DNA from: Faecousia sp.
GTDB lineage: Bacteria; Bacillota; Clostridia; Oscillospirales; Oscillospiraceae
Length of the DNA: 64,000 nt
Assembly (NCBI GenBank): GCA_045594845.1
Contig: JAZNZH010000049.1
Span: 16,790 to 80,789, forward strand
Direction: 5' to 3'
The notes beneath the pieces are model-generated. The model saw nothing but the letters and a program-made list of their open reading frames with translations. It was not told the origin of the DNA and did not search any database. Shown here one piece after another: positions 54,673 through 64,000 of this stretch (position 1 is the first letter of the stretch; each line of letters begins with the position of its first letter). The position numbers and the translations under genes are program-made.

Positions 54673-56328
54673 TTATACTTCTGCGATCACGGGCAGGATC
54701 ATGGGGTTGCGCTTGGTGGTCTTGAACAAATAACCGGAAAGGTCGTGCTTGATGGCGGTCTTCAGCATAGCAAAATCCCGGACACGGCGTTTGCCGCAGC
54801 GCTCAATGGCCTCCAGCGCCACCAAACGCATTTCCTCCATCAGCTCTTCGGATTCTTTCACATACACAAAGCCGCGGGTAATGATATCCGGGCCGGTGAC
54901 TACGGATCCGTCCATGCTGGAAATGTTCACAAACACCACGATCATGCCGTCCTGGGCCAGGTGCTTTCGGTCCCGGAGCACCACACTGCCCACATCGCCC
55001 ACGCCGGTGCCGTCCACAAAGACCTTGCCGGCAGGCACAGAGCCGTTGATCTTGCAATTTTTGGAGGTGAACTCGAATATATCGCCGATCTCGCCGATAC
55101 GGACATTCTTGGGGGAGCAGCCCATCAGCACCGCCAGTTTGCCGTGAATCTGCAGGTGACGCTGTTCGCCGTGAACGGGGATAAAGAACCGGGGCTTGGT
55201 GAGGGCATGAATGATCTTCAGCTCCTCCTGGCAGGCGTGTCCGGAGACGTGGAGCCCTTCGCCTTTTTCATAGACTACTTCTGCGCCCTTGCGGTACAGC
55301 TCGTTGATGATCTTGGACACGGCCTTTTCGTTGCCGGGAATGGCGGAGGCGGAAATAATGATTCGGTCGCCAGTGGAGATCTCGATCTGTTTATGGGTGG
55401 AAAATGCCATTCGGTACAGGGCGGACATATTCTCACCCTGAGAGCCGGTGGAGACGATGACCACCTTGTTTTTTGGCAGACTCTTGGTGGCTGCCAGGTC
55501 TACGATCAGACCGGCAGGCACTTTGATATAGCCCAGTTCCTGGGCAACTTTCAGCATATTTTCCATACTTCTGCCGGATACAGCCACTTTGCGGCCGTAG
55601 CGGTTGGCAGTGTTCAGAACCGCCTGGATCCGGTGCATATTGGAGGCAAAAGTGGTGACGATGATCCGCTGGTCGCAGTTCTTGAACTGCCGGTCCAGAC
55701 CCTCAGCAACCACATTTTCGCTGGGGGTGTAGCCGGGGCGTTCCACGTTGGTGGAGTCGCATAGCAGGGCAAGGACGCCTTCGTTGCCCAGCTGACCGAA
55801 CCGGGTCAGATCGGTCATACCGTCCTTTGCGGTGGGGTCGATCTTAAAGTCGCCGGTCATTACCACAGTGCCTACAGGGGTGTGGATGGCCAGCGCTACT
55901 GCATCGCTGATGGAGTGGTTCACGTGGATAAATTCCACGGAGAAGCAGCCGGCCTTGACCACGTCGCCGGGCTTGTGGGTGATCAGCTTTACAGCGTCTT
56001 CCAGCCGGTGTTCTTCCAGCTTCAGCCGGATCAGACCGCAGGTCATAGCAGTGCCGTGAATGGGGCAGACCACTTGCTGCATACAGTAGGGGATAGAGCC
56101 GATGTGGTCTTCGTGACCGTGGGTAATGAACATACCCCGCAGCTTCTTTGCATTCTGCACCAGGTAGGAAAAGTCGGGGATCACCAGATCTACGCCGTAC
56201 ATATCTTCGTCCGGGAAGCCGACGCCGCAGTCCACCACGATCATATCCTTGCCGTATTCCAAAACAGTGATGTTCTTGCCGATCTCATCCAGACCGCCAA
56301 GGGGAATGATTTTCAGTTTCTCAGCCAA
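54673..56328 (-). CDS. rnj: Ribonuclease J
   Basis: PLGGLDEIGKN, THGHEDHIG, GDFKID, DSTN, HVSGHA and PVHGE motifs; TTG start after GAAAGGAG. Confidence 0.96.
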   Translation of the reverse strand: MAEKLKIIPLGGLDEIGKNITVLEYGKDMIVVDCGVGFPDEDMYGVDLVIPDFSYLVQNAKKLRGMFITHGHEDHIGSIPYCMQQVVCPIHGTAMTCGLIRLKLEEHRLEDAVKLITHKPGDVVKAGCFSVEFIHVNHSISDAVALAIHTPVGTVVMTGDFKIDPTAKDGMTDLTRFGQLGNEGVLALLCDSTNVERPGYTPSENVVAEGLDRQFKNCDQRIIVTTFASNMHRIQAVLNTANRYGRKVAVSGRSMENMLKVAQELGYIKVPAGLIVDLAATKSLPKNKVVIVSTGSQGENMSALYRMAFSTHKQIEISTGDRIIISASAIPGNEKAVSKIINELYRKGAEVVYEKGEGLHVSGHACQEELKIIHALTKPRFFIPVHGEQRHLQIHGKLAVLMGCSPKNVRIGEIGDIFEFTSKNCKINGSVPAGKVFVDGTGVGDVGSVVLRDRKHLAQDGMIVVFVNISSMDGSVVTGPDIITRGFVYVKESEELMEEMRLVALEAIERCGKRRVRDFAMLKTAIKHDLSGYLFKTTKRNPMILPVIAEV

Positions 56329-56361
56329 TGTATAAAAACTCCTTTCGAAATAAAACGCATG

Positions 56362-56436
56362 AAAAAGCAGGCAACCGCTTTTACGGCTTTTTCGACTCTG
56401 TATAGCCGAAAAGCACGAAAAAAACGCCTGCTTTTT
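56362..56436 (-). promoter_or_regulatory. Long imperfect stem-loop in the rnj 5' UTR
   Basis: Perfect 11-bp basal stem AAAAAGCAGGC/GCCTGCTTTTT plus inner GCTTTTCGGCT/AGTCGAAAAAGC pairing. Confidence 0.62.
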
Positions 56437-56494
56437 GTTGTTAAGTACCGGTTTGCCGGGGTGCACAACCCTTGCCCCCGCGCTGTCTTTGAGT

Positions 56495-56523
56495 ATTATA
56501 GCATATTTTCATCCCCTTGTATA
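56495..56523 (-). promoter_or_regulatory. rnj promoter
   Basis: Minus strand TATACA-17 bp-TATAAT with extended TG. Confidence 0.62.
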
Positions 56524-56588
56524 CAAAAAACTTTCCTAAAAAGCCGACAAAATCACCCCGGTTTTTTGGAAAAATAGTGAAAAGATTC

Positions 56589-56617
56589 TTGCACCGGGAG
56601 TGAGGATTTGTTATAAT
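56589..56617 (+). promoter_or_regulatory. SigA promoter of the gdpP-rplI-dnaB-tilS-hpt-ftsH cluster
   Basis: TTGCAC-17 bp-TATAAT with extended TG. Confidence 0.75.
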
Positions 56618-56665
56618 GGAGTATAATTATGGGAAAGTATATCCTTTCGTAAGGAGGCGTGTTTT

Positions 56666-58642
56666 GTGAGGAAACGGATAAGCCGCTTATTGAACCCCGG
56701 CGCAGGCGTATTTTTTGTGTTTTTGTTCGGGTTCGCGGCTGTGGCTGTGGTGCTGCGGCAGTATCTGCTGGCAGCAGGTGAATTTGCCGTTGCGGCGCTG
56801 GTTTTGGTGTTTTATTTGGTGAGCCGTAAAAAGCGCAGAAAGCAGATCGAGAATTTCCTTCGGCGCAATGTGGAGCATCAGCCGGATATCGGTCAGCCGG
56901 GAGATCCCTTCCCTATGCTGGTGATCCGGATCGCAGACGGCGGCATCGTTTATGCCAACCAGAATTTTATCCATAGGGTCGGTTTCCAGGACGCCATGCG
57001 GGAGTTCAACATCTCGGAGGTGCTGCCCGGTTTTTCCACCGATTGGTTGCTTTCCGGCAAGCACGAGTATCCCCACGATGTGTCCCTGGATGGACGGCGT
57101 TACCGCATCTACGGTTCTGCGCTCCCGGTGGAGGATGCCCGGCAGACCCATCTGGGAATTTTGTATCTGACCGATCTGACGGAAATGTATCAGATTCGGG
57201 ATGAGTATATCCGTTCCCGTCCTGTGGTATCCATCATTTTGGTGGATAACTATGAGGAACTGACCAAAAATCTGTCCGAAGGCGCGATCTCCGCTATGAA
57301 CGCCAAGATCAACGATGCCATCACCTCCTGGACGGAGGGGTATCACGGTCTGCTGCGGCGGCTGGAAAAGAACCGGTTTTTGCTGGTATTTGAAAAGCGG
57401 GATCTGAAGCGGGCGGAGGAGGATAAATTCTCTCTGCTGGAGGACATTCACGAGATCACCAACCCCTCCGGTCTGGCGGCATCCATCTCCTTCGGTTTGG
57501 GCGTGGATGGTGATACCTTTGAGGAAAGCTATGAATTTGCAGCCCTGTCCATCGAAATGGCTCTGAGCCGCGGCGGCGACCAGGCTGTGGTCAAGGACCG
57601 GGTGAATTTTGAGTTCTACGGCGGCCGCACCAAAGAGGCGGACCATCGCAGTAAGGTTCGTTCCAGAGTCACCGCCAACTCCATGATGGAGCTGATCGGC
57701 GGCAGCAGCAAGGTGTTTATCATGGGTCACAGAAATGCGGACCTGGACTCCGTTGGCGCTGCTGTGGGTGTGCGCAGCCTTTGCCGCAAAAAGGGCAAGG
57801 ATGCCTACATCGTGCTGGATGAAGAAAACAATGTGGCCAGCCGGCTCATCGAGGAGATCCGGCAGGTGCCTGAGTATAAGGATGCCTTTATCTCCGGTCA
57901 GGATGCGCTGCTGCTTTGCGATACCCGCAGCACCCTGATCGTGGTGGATACCAACCGGCCGGACCAGGTGGAGTGCAGACCTCTGCTGGAGGCCATTCCC
58001 AAGGTTTGTGTGGTGGACCATCACCGCCGGGCAGCGGATTACATCAAGACCGTGGTGGTCAACCTCCACGAGCCTTATGCATCTTCCGCTTCCGAACTGG
58101 TAACGGAGATTCTCCAGTATGCCCTGGAGAAGAAGGATGTGTTGCCCATCGAGGCAAAGAGCCTGATGGCAGGTATCTTCCTGGATACCAAGAGCTTCAA
58201 TGTCCGCACCGGCGAGCGTACCTTTGAGGCCGCCGCTTACCTGCGTCAGCTGGGCGCAGACACAGTGGATGTAAAGAAGCTGTTCCAGAACGATTACCAG
58301 GATACCATGAGCAAGTATCAGATTCTCAAGGCTGTTCGTCTCTACCGGGATGAATTGGCGGTGGCTGCACTGAAGACCCCCACTACCCGGGCCCTGGCGG
58401 CCCAGGCGGCAGATGAGATGCTGAATATCTCCGGTATCACCGCTTCCTTTGTGCTGTATCCCGACGGTGACCGGGTGATCATTTCCGCCCGTTCCATCGG
58501 TGATGCCAACGTGCAGATGATCCTGGAGCCCTTGGGCGGCGGCGGCAATACCGCCACAGCCGGCGCGCAGCTTCCCAATTGCACGGTTTCCCAGGCGCTG
58601 GACCGTCTGGTGGAATCCATCGACCGATTCTATGAAAGTTAA
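56666..58642 (+). CDS. gdpP: c-di-AMP phosphodiesterase GdpP (2 TM, PAS, degenerate GGDEF, DHH/DHHA1)
   Basis: DNYEE, ALSRGGDQAV, MGHRNADLD, VDHHRR, DTKSF and ISARS...GGGG motifs; upstream of rplI-dnaB. Confidence 0.92.
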   Translation: MRKRISRLLNPGAGVFFVFLFGFAAVAVVLRQYLLAAGEFAVAALVLVFYLVSRKKRRKQIENFLRRNVEHQPDIGQPGDPFPMLVIRIADGGIVYANQNFIHRVGFQDAMREFNISEVLPGFSTDWLLSGKHEYPHDVSLDGRRYRIYGSALPVEDARQTHLGILYLTDLTEMYQIRDEYIRSRPVVSIILVDNYEELTKNLSEGAISAMNAKINDAITSWTEGYHGLLRRLEKNRFLLVFEKRDLKRAEEDKFSLLEDIHEITNPSGLAASISFGLGVDGDTFEESYEFAALSIEMALSRGGDQAVVKDRVNFEFYGGRTKEADHRSKVRSRVTANSMMELIGGSSKVFIMGHRNADLDSVGAAVGVRSLCRKKGKDAYIVLDEENNVASRLIEEIRQVPEYKDAFISGQDALLLCDTRSTLIVVDTNRPDQVECRPLLEAIPKVCVVDHHRRAADYIKTVVVNLHEPYASSASELVTEILQYALEKKDVLPIEAKSLMAGIFLDTKSFNVRTGERTFEAAAYLRQLGADTVDVKKLFQNDYQDTMSKYQILKAVRLYRDELAVAALKTPTTRALAAQAADEMLNISGITASFVLYPDGDRVIISARSIGDANVQMILEPLGGGGNTATAGAQLPNCTVSQALDRLVESIDRFYES

Positions 58643-58653
58643 GGAGTAATACC

Positions 58654-59100
58654 ATGAAAGTTATTTTGTTGCAGGATGTAAAAGGCAAGGGCAAAAAGGG
58701 CCAGATGATCGAGGTTTCCGACGGTTACGCAAGAAACTATATGCTGCCCCGGAAATTGGCCCAGGAGGCTACTGCCGATAATATCAATACGATGCGAATG
58801 AACGATAAGGCTGCCGCAGAGAAGGCTGCCAAGGAGCGCGCCGAGGCTATGGAGGTCTCCAAGCGCCTGCGGGATATGATCCTGGAAGTCACCGCCAAGG
58901 GCGGCGGCAGCGGTAAGCTGTTCGGCTCTGTTACCAACCAGGAAATCGCAGATGCCCTGAAAGCAAAGACCGGCATTGCTCTGGATAAGCGAAAGATCGT
59001 GATCTCCGATCCTATTAAGAATGTGGGCACTTACACTGTGCAGTGCAAGCTGGGCTATGAGATCACTGCACCTCTGACTGTAAAGATTATCGAGGGCTAA
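58654..59100 (+). CDS. rplI: 50S ribosomal protein L9
   Basis: MKVILLQDVKGKGKKG...DGYARNY and GKLFGSVT motifs. Confidence 0.98.
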   Translation: MKVILLQDVKGKGKKGQMIEVSDGYARNYMLPRKLAQEATADNINTMRMNDKAAAEKAAKERAEAMEVSKRLRDMILEVTAKGGGSGKLFGSVTNQEIADALKAKTGIALDKRKIVISDPIKNVGTYTVQCKLGYEITAPLTVKIIEG

Positions 59101-59125
59101 TACGAACCCGAAAGGATATACCGTT

Positions 59126-60463
59126 ATGGAAGAAGAATTGTTGACCCGGCAGCAGCCCCATTCCCTGGAGGCTGAGCAGGCGGTCTTAGGCGCGATCCTC
59201 ATTGACAGTCGCTGCGTGGATGAGGTCATCGGCATTTTGCGTCCGGAGGATTTCTACCAGAAGCAGAACCGGGAGATCTACGAGACCGTATACACAATGT
59301 TTAATTTCTCCCAGAGTATCGACCCGGTCACAGTACTGGAAAAGATGCGGGAGCTGGGTGTGTTCCACGACAATTCCAGAGACTACATCCGTCAGCTGAT
59401 GGAGATCACTCCCACCGCCGCCAATGTGGTGCGTTATGCCAACATTGTCCGGGATAAGGCCATGCTCCGCGGTTTGGGTGACGCCTCCAGTGACATTTCC
59501 CAGATGGTCTACGAACAGGTGGGTACGCCTGCGGAGATCCTGGAAAGCGCGGAAAAGAAGATCTACGCTCTGCGTAAGGGCGAGAGGGGCGACTCTCTGG
59601 AGCATATCGGCGTGACCATGCACAAGGTCTTTGACCGGCTCCGTGAGCTCAGTGAATCCGGCTCCGGTATCCCCGGCCTCTCCACCGGCATGGTGGATCT
59701 GGACCGGCAGATCAACGGTCTGAATAAGTCCGACCTGGTGCTGGTGGCTGCCCGTCCTGCTATGGGTAAGACTGCCTTTGCGTTGAACCTTGCCCTGAAT
59801 GTGGCAAAGAAATATAAGCACACCGTAGCGGTGTTTTCGCTGGAAATGTCCCGGGAGCAGCTGGCAATGCGCCTTTTGGCTATGGAAGGCTGCGTGGACG
59901 GCAAGCAGATCGCTACCGGTCAGCTTTCCGCCGACGAGTGGAGCCGGCTGTCTATGGCGGCGGTTTCTCTGAGTGAGACCGATATCCGCGTGGATGACAA
60001 CCCCTCTATCACCGTGGCGGAAATGAACGCCAAGTGCCGCCGGATCGAAAATCTCGGCCTGGTGGTGGTGGACTACCTGCAGCTGATGAACGGCTCCGGC
60101 TACGGCAAGGGCGGCGACAGCCGTGTGAACGTGGTCAGTGAGATCTCCCGCAGTCTGAAGATTATGGCGAAAGAGCTGAATGTTCCCGTAGTGTGCCTCA
60201 GTCAGCTGTCCCGTGGTCCGGAGGGCCGACCCGACAAGCGGCCTATGCTCAGTGACCTCCGCGAATCCGGAGCTATCGAGCAGGACGCCGACGAGGTTAT
60301 GTTCCTGTACCGTGATGATTATTACCATGAGGATTCTGAGGATAAGGGCATTGCCGAGTGTATCGTGCAGAAGAACCGTCACGGCGAGACCGGTACGGTA
60401 AAGCTCCAATGGATCCCCCAATATCAGACGTTTGCTGATCGGGAGTGGAAGCATGTTGAATAA
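59126..60463 (+). CDS. dnaB: Replicative DNA helicase
   Basis: PHSLEAEQAVLG, AARPAMGKT, FSLEMS, VDYLQLM, SQLSR, DLRESGAIEQDAD and KNRHG motifs; no intein-sized insertion. Confidence 0.97.
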   Translation: MEEELLTRQQPHSLEAEQAVLGAILIDSRCVDEVIGILRPEDFYQKQNREIYETVYTMFNFSQSIDPVTVLEKMRELGVFHDNSRDYIRQLMEITPTAANVVRYANIVRDKAMLRGLGDASSDISQMVYEQVGTPAEILESAEKKIYALRKGERGDSLEHIGVTMHKVFDRLRELSESGSGIPGLSTGMVDLDRQINGLNKSDLVLVAARPAMGKTAFALNLALNVAKKYKHTVAVFSLEMSREQLAMRLLAMEGCVDGKQIATGQLSADEWSRLSMAAVSLSETDIRVDDNPSITVAEMNAKCRRIENLGLVVVDYLQLMNGSGYGKGGDSRVNVVSEISRSLKIMAKELNVPVVCLSQLSRGPEGRPDKRPMLSDLRESGAIEQDADEVMFLYRDDYYHEDSEDKGIAECIVQKNRHGETGTVKLQWIPQYQTFADREWKHVE

Positions 60464-61715
60464 GGTCCACCGCCTGATCGGTCGTTATGAGATGTTGACG
60501 CCGGGGGATACTGTGTTTTGCGCGGTGTCCGGCGGTGCAGACTCCATGTCTCTTTTGTGGGCGCTTTACCTGCTGAGAGACAAATTGCATATCGATTTGC
60601 GGGCGGCCCATTTCAATCATCAGCTTCGGGGCGCGGAATCGGACCGGGATGCGCAATTCTGCCGTGATTTCTGCGCTTTCCACGATATTCCCTATGTGGA
60701 GGGAACGGCGCAGGTGATGGCCGGCCCCAAGGGACTGGAGGCTGCTGCCAGAGATGCCCGATATGCCTTTTTGGAAAACCTGCCCGGAAAAGTGGCCACA
60801 GCCCATACCGCTGACGACAACGCGGAAACGGTACTGATGCACCTGGTGCGGGGTACCGGCCTGCAGGGTCTGGGCGCCATCGCTCCGGTGCGGGGCAATG
60901 TGATCCGGCCTATGCTTACCGTCACCCGGCAGGAGGTGCTGGCCTTTTTGCAGGAAGAGCACATTACCTGGGTGGAGGACAGCTCCAACGAAACCGACGA
61001 TTTTCTCCGCAACCGTCTGCGGCATCGGGTGATGCCCATCCTCAAGGAGGAAAACCCCCGACTGGCGGAGAATCTTTCCTGTATGGCAATGGAACTGCGG
61101 TTTGACGCAGAGGCGTTATCCGTGGAGGAAACGCTACCGGATGTAAATACTTTGCGGCAGATGCCCGCGGCTTTGCGGCGGCGGTATTTGCGGACCTTTT
61201 TGCAGGACTGCGGCGTAAAAGAACCGGAAAGACACCACACTGCTTTGGCGGAGGAATTGGTGTTTTCCCAGAACCCCTCCGCTCGGGCGCAGTTTCCCGG
61301 TGGGGTAACGGTTTGTCGCAGCTATGACCGGCTGGAAAAAGCGGTCAATACGGATTCGCCGGATGCAGTACAGATCCTGTATCCCGGCGTTGCGGAACTG
61401 CCCCAATGGAATATTAGAATCAGCTGTACACTTGCCGATGCTGTGGTAGATGGACAGGACACCTTTACGGTTTGCCCCCAAGGCGCACTTTGGGTGCGGA
61501 CCCGGCAGGAGGGAGACAGTATCCGTCTTTCCGGCGGTACAAAAAGTCTCAAAAAATTGTTTATTGACCGGAAGATCCCACGAATCCAACGGCCCCGGAT
61601 CCCTGTGCTGGCAGATGATGCCGGCGTGGTGGCAGTGTCCGGCATCGGCGTGAATCGGGATCGGCTTTCTCCCGGTATACAGATCCACATTGAAAAACTC
61701 CGTAGAGAGAGGTAA
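60453..61715 (+). CDS. tilS: tRNA(Ile)-lysidine synthetase
   Basis: AVSGGADS, HFNHQLR, AHTADDNAET and RNRLR motifs. Confidence 0.95.
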   Translation: MLNKVHRLIGRYEMLTPGDTVFCAVSGGADSMSLLWALYLLRDKLHIDLRAAHFNHQLRGAESDRDAQFCRDFCAFHDIPYVEGTAQVMAGPKGLEAAARDARYAFLENLPGKVATAHTADDNAETVLMHLVRGTGLQGLGAIAPVRGNVIRPMLTVTRQEVLAFLQEEHITWVEDSSNETDDFLRNRLRHRVMPILKEENPRLAENLSCMAMELRFDAEALSVEETLPDVNTLRQMPAALRRRYLRTFLQDCGVKEPERHHTALAEELVFSQNPSARAQFPGGVTVCRSYDRLEKAVNTDSPDAVQILYPGVAELPQWNIRISCTLADAVVDGQDTFTVCPQGALWVRTRQEGDSIRLSGGTKSLKKLFIDRKIPRIQRPRIPVLADDAGVVAVSGIGVNRDRLSPGIQIHIEKLRRER

Positions 61716-61720
61716 AGAAT

Positions 61721-62260
61721 ATGGAAAATAATATTGCGTATGTCTTGCTGAGTGAAGAGCAATTGCGGAATAAGGTCAAGGAACTGGCCACACAGATCAA
61801 GAGCGAATATGCCGGTAAGGACCCGGTTTTTGTGGGTGTTCTGAAAGGCGTTGTGGTGTTCTTTGCGGATATGATGAAGGAAATGGATTTTCCTTGCCAG
61901 ATCGACTTTATGTGGATCTCTTCCTACTCCGGCACTAATTCTTCCGAAATGAAGCTGGTCAAGGATGTGTCTGCCGATCTGGAGGGACGCCATGTGGTGA
62001 TCCTGGAGGATATCTTTGATACCGGCAATTCTCTGGAATTTACTTATCGGCATCTGCTGAGCAAGAAACCGGCATCTCTGAAGATCTGCACGCTGCTGGA
62101 TAAGCCGGAGCGCCGTCGTCCCGGCGTCACTGTCAAACCCGATTATACCGGCTTTGTGATCCCCAACGAGTTCGTTGTGGGCTACGGCCTCGACTATAAT
62201 GAGCATTACCGTAACCTGCCCTATGTGGGCGTGCTGAAGCCGGAAACCTATCAAAAGTAA
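61721..62260 (+). CDS. hpt: Hypoxanthine phosphoribosyltransferase
   Basis: [14 protein letters not shown] and FVVGYGLDY motifs. Confidence 0.96.
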   Translation: MENNIAYVLLSEEQLRNKVKELATQIKSEYAGKDPVFVGVLKGVVVFFADMMKEMDFPCQIDFMWISSYSGTNSSEMKLVKDVSADLEGRHVVILEDIFDTGNSLEFTYRHLLSKKPASLKICTLLDKPERRRPGVTVKPDYTGFVIPNEFVVGYGLDYNEHYRNLPYVGVLKPETYQK

Positions 62261-62273
62261 GGAGAACCCCAAG

Positions 62274-64000
62274 TTGAAAAAACGTAAACCGATTGCCCTG
62301 ATCCTGTATATCCTGATCCTTGCGGTCTCGCTGTCCTGGATGCTGGGTCTGTTTGATAAGCCCAAGGACAGACTGAACCACTCCCAGGTACTGGCGCTGT
62401 TGGAGGAGGGCTCTGTACAGAAATTTGTGCTGGAGGAGGATGTCCTCTATCTGGAACTGAATACACCCTATAATGGCAAGGATGCCCTGGTAGTCACCCT
62501 GGGTGACCCGGCGGCATTTCAGGACCAGGCGCTGAAAGTGATGGAGGCCCAGGGCAAGGAATGCAAAGTGGAGAGCTATGACTTTATTGCAAAGAAAGGT
62601 CTGTCTCCCTACGATTTTATTTTCCCCATCATTCTTGCGGGACTGGCGCTTTTGCTGCTGTGGGTTTTGCTGGTGGGCCGTGCAGGCAGCCGCAATCCTA
62701 TGGAGAATTTCGGCAAGGCCCGCACCATCAACGGTCTGCCCGACGGCAAGAAGGTCACCTTTGACGATGTAGCCGGCCTGGACGAGGAAAAGGCAGAGCT
62801 GCAGGAGGTAGTGGACTTCCTGAAGAACCCGGATAAGTTCACAAAGATCGGTGCCCAGATCCCTCACGGCATTCTGCTTTCCGGTCCTCCGGGTACCGGT
62901 AAGACCCTGCTTGCAAGGGCTGTGGCCGGTGAGGCGGAGGTACAGTTCCTCTCCATTTCCGGCTCTGATTTTATGGAAATGTATGTGGGTGTGGGCGCCA
63001 GCCGTGTCCGTGACCTGTTCCAGCAGGCGAAGAAAGTTTCTCCCGCCATCATCTTCATCGATGAGATCGACGCAGTGGGCCGTAAGCGCGGTTCCGGTAT
63101 GGGCGGCGGTCACGATGAGCGTGAGCAGACACTGAATCAGCTGCTTGTAGAGATGGATGGCTTCGGCAAAACCGAGGGTGTTATCGTGATGGCAGCAACA
63201 AACCGCCCCGATATTTTGGATCCCGCCCTGCTGCGACCCGGCCGTTTTGACCGCCAGGTTTATGTGGGCAAGCCCGACACCAAGGGCCGTGAGGCTATTT
63301 TGAAAGTCCACGCCAAGGGTAAGCGGCTGGATGATTCGGTAGATCTGCATACTGTGGCGTTGGCAACCTCAGGCTTCACCGGCGCGGACCTTTCCAACCT
63401 GATGAACGAGGCGGCTATTCTGGCTGCCCGGGAAAACCGTCCTGCCCTGAACATGCACGACCTGAACGAGGCTGTGATGAAGGTGATGGCAGGCCCGGAG
63501 AAGAAGAGCCGTACCCGACTGGAAAAGGACCGCCGACTGACAGCTGTGCACGAAGCCGGTCACGCTGTGGCGATGTACTATCTGCCTACCCATGATCCGG
63601 TTCACCAGATCTCCATTATTCCCAGAGGTCAGGCACTGGGTCTGACCTGGAGTATGCCCCAGGAGGACAGCGACCACATTACCCGCAACGAGATGTACGA
63701 GCAGATCGTAGGTCTTTTGGGCGGCCGCGTGGCAGAAGCGCTGTTCCTGCAGGATATCTCCACCGGCGCATCCAATGATATCGATCGGGCATCCAAGCTG
63801 GCCCGGGATATGGTGGCCCGGTTTGGTATGTGCGATAGCCTGGGCACTGTATCTTATTACAGTGACGATGAGATCTTTATCGGCAGAGATTTTGAAAAGA
63901 CCAAGAGCTACTCCGAGAAGGTGGCAGGCACTATTGACGATGAGGTGAAAAGCCTGATCGACAAGGCCTATGACCACTGCACCCGGATCCTTACGGAAAA
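62274..64000 (+). CDS. ftsH: ATP-dependent zinc metalloprotease FtsH (partial, runs off the window; absent from the ORF track)
   Basis: TTG start after AAGGAG; two TM helices, [32 protein letters not shown] and HEAGH motifs. Confidence 0.96.
   Translation, partial: MKKRKPIALILYILILAVSLSWMLGLFDKPKDRLNHSQVLALLEEGSVQKFVLEEDVLYLELNTPYNGKDALVVTLGDPAAFQDQALKVMEAQGKECKVESYDFIAKKGLSPYDFIFPIILAGLALLLLWVLLVGRAGSRNPMENFGKARTINGLPDGKKVTFDDVAGLDEEKAELQEVVDFLKNPDKFTKIGAQIPHGILLSGPPGTGKTLLARAVAGEAEVQFLSISGSDFMEMYVGVGASRVRDLFQQAKKVSPAIIFIDEIDAVGRKRGSGMGGGHDEREQTLNQLLVEMDGFGKTEGVIVMAATNRPDILDPALLRPGRFDRQVYVGKPDTKGREAILKVHAKGKRLDDSVDLHTVALATSGFTGADLSNLMNEAAILAARENRPALNMHDLNEAVMKVMAGPEKKSRTRLEKDRRLTAVHEAGHAVAMYYLPTHDPVHQISIIPRGQALGLTWSMPQEDSDHITRNEMYEQIVGLLGGRVAEALFLQDISTGASNDIDRASKLARDMVARFGMCDSLGTVSYYSDDEIFIGRDFEKTKSYSEKVAGTIDDEVKSLIDKAYDHCTRILTE

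Noticed and set aside
56329-56466. 46-codon in-frame N-terminal extension of RNase J in the ORF track
   Set aside because: A strong SD precedes the TTG at 56328, where family similarity begins; the extension coincides with an RNA hairpin.
1-64000. tRNA, rRNA, CRISPR arrays, IS elements, prophage genes, invertible promoter for the glycan locus
   Set aside because: None recognised. Intergenic regions are short and explained by promoters and terminators, and no recombinase or flanking inverted repeats were seen at 38593-38828.

Overview
Chromosomal window from an anaerobic, spore-forming Firmicute (Clostridia; the gene set and composition suggest Oscillospiraceae, which is inference). I found no rRNA, tRNA, CRISPR array, prophage or IS element. 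Contents in order: (1) a short housekeeping cluster (eutH end, nagD-like, XRE regulator, 5-formyl-THF cyclo-ligase, DUF1643, phosphodiesterase); (2) an 11.4 kb co-directional operon, fumC-hdrBCA-flxDCBA-frdBA-AspT/YidE exporter, which looks like a complete cytoplasmic, electron-bifurcating fumarate-to-succinate module; (3) a membrane-anchored TIR protein with a split zinc ribbon, a SASP gene and yitT; (4) a 21 kb minus-strand Wzx/Wzy surface-polysaccharide locus with an AATGal-type aminotransferase, FnlABC, a VioA-like enzyme, LicD, a pyruvyltransferase, two ATP-grasp ligases and an orphan TRAP-type permease; (5) luxS-mtnN, mntP, mgtE and trkAH; (6) core genes trmL, pgk, tpiA, sua5, coaE, M18 aminopeptidase, dus, rnj, gdpP, rplI, dnaB, tilS, hpt and a partial ftsH. 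The strongest candidate for something undescribed is an unannotated 21-codon leader peptide (MDAGSSGNIPGRSSMQRLWWR) in the mgtE 5' leader, with competing RNA stems, suggesting translation-coupled Mg2+ sensing instead of an M-box riboswitch. All family assignments come from motif recognition by eye, not database searches.
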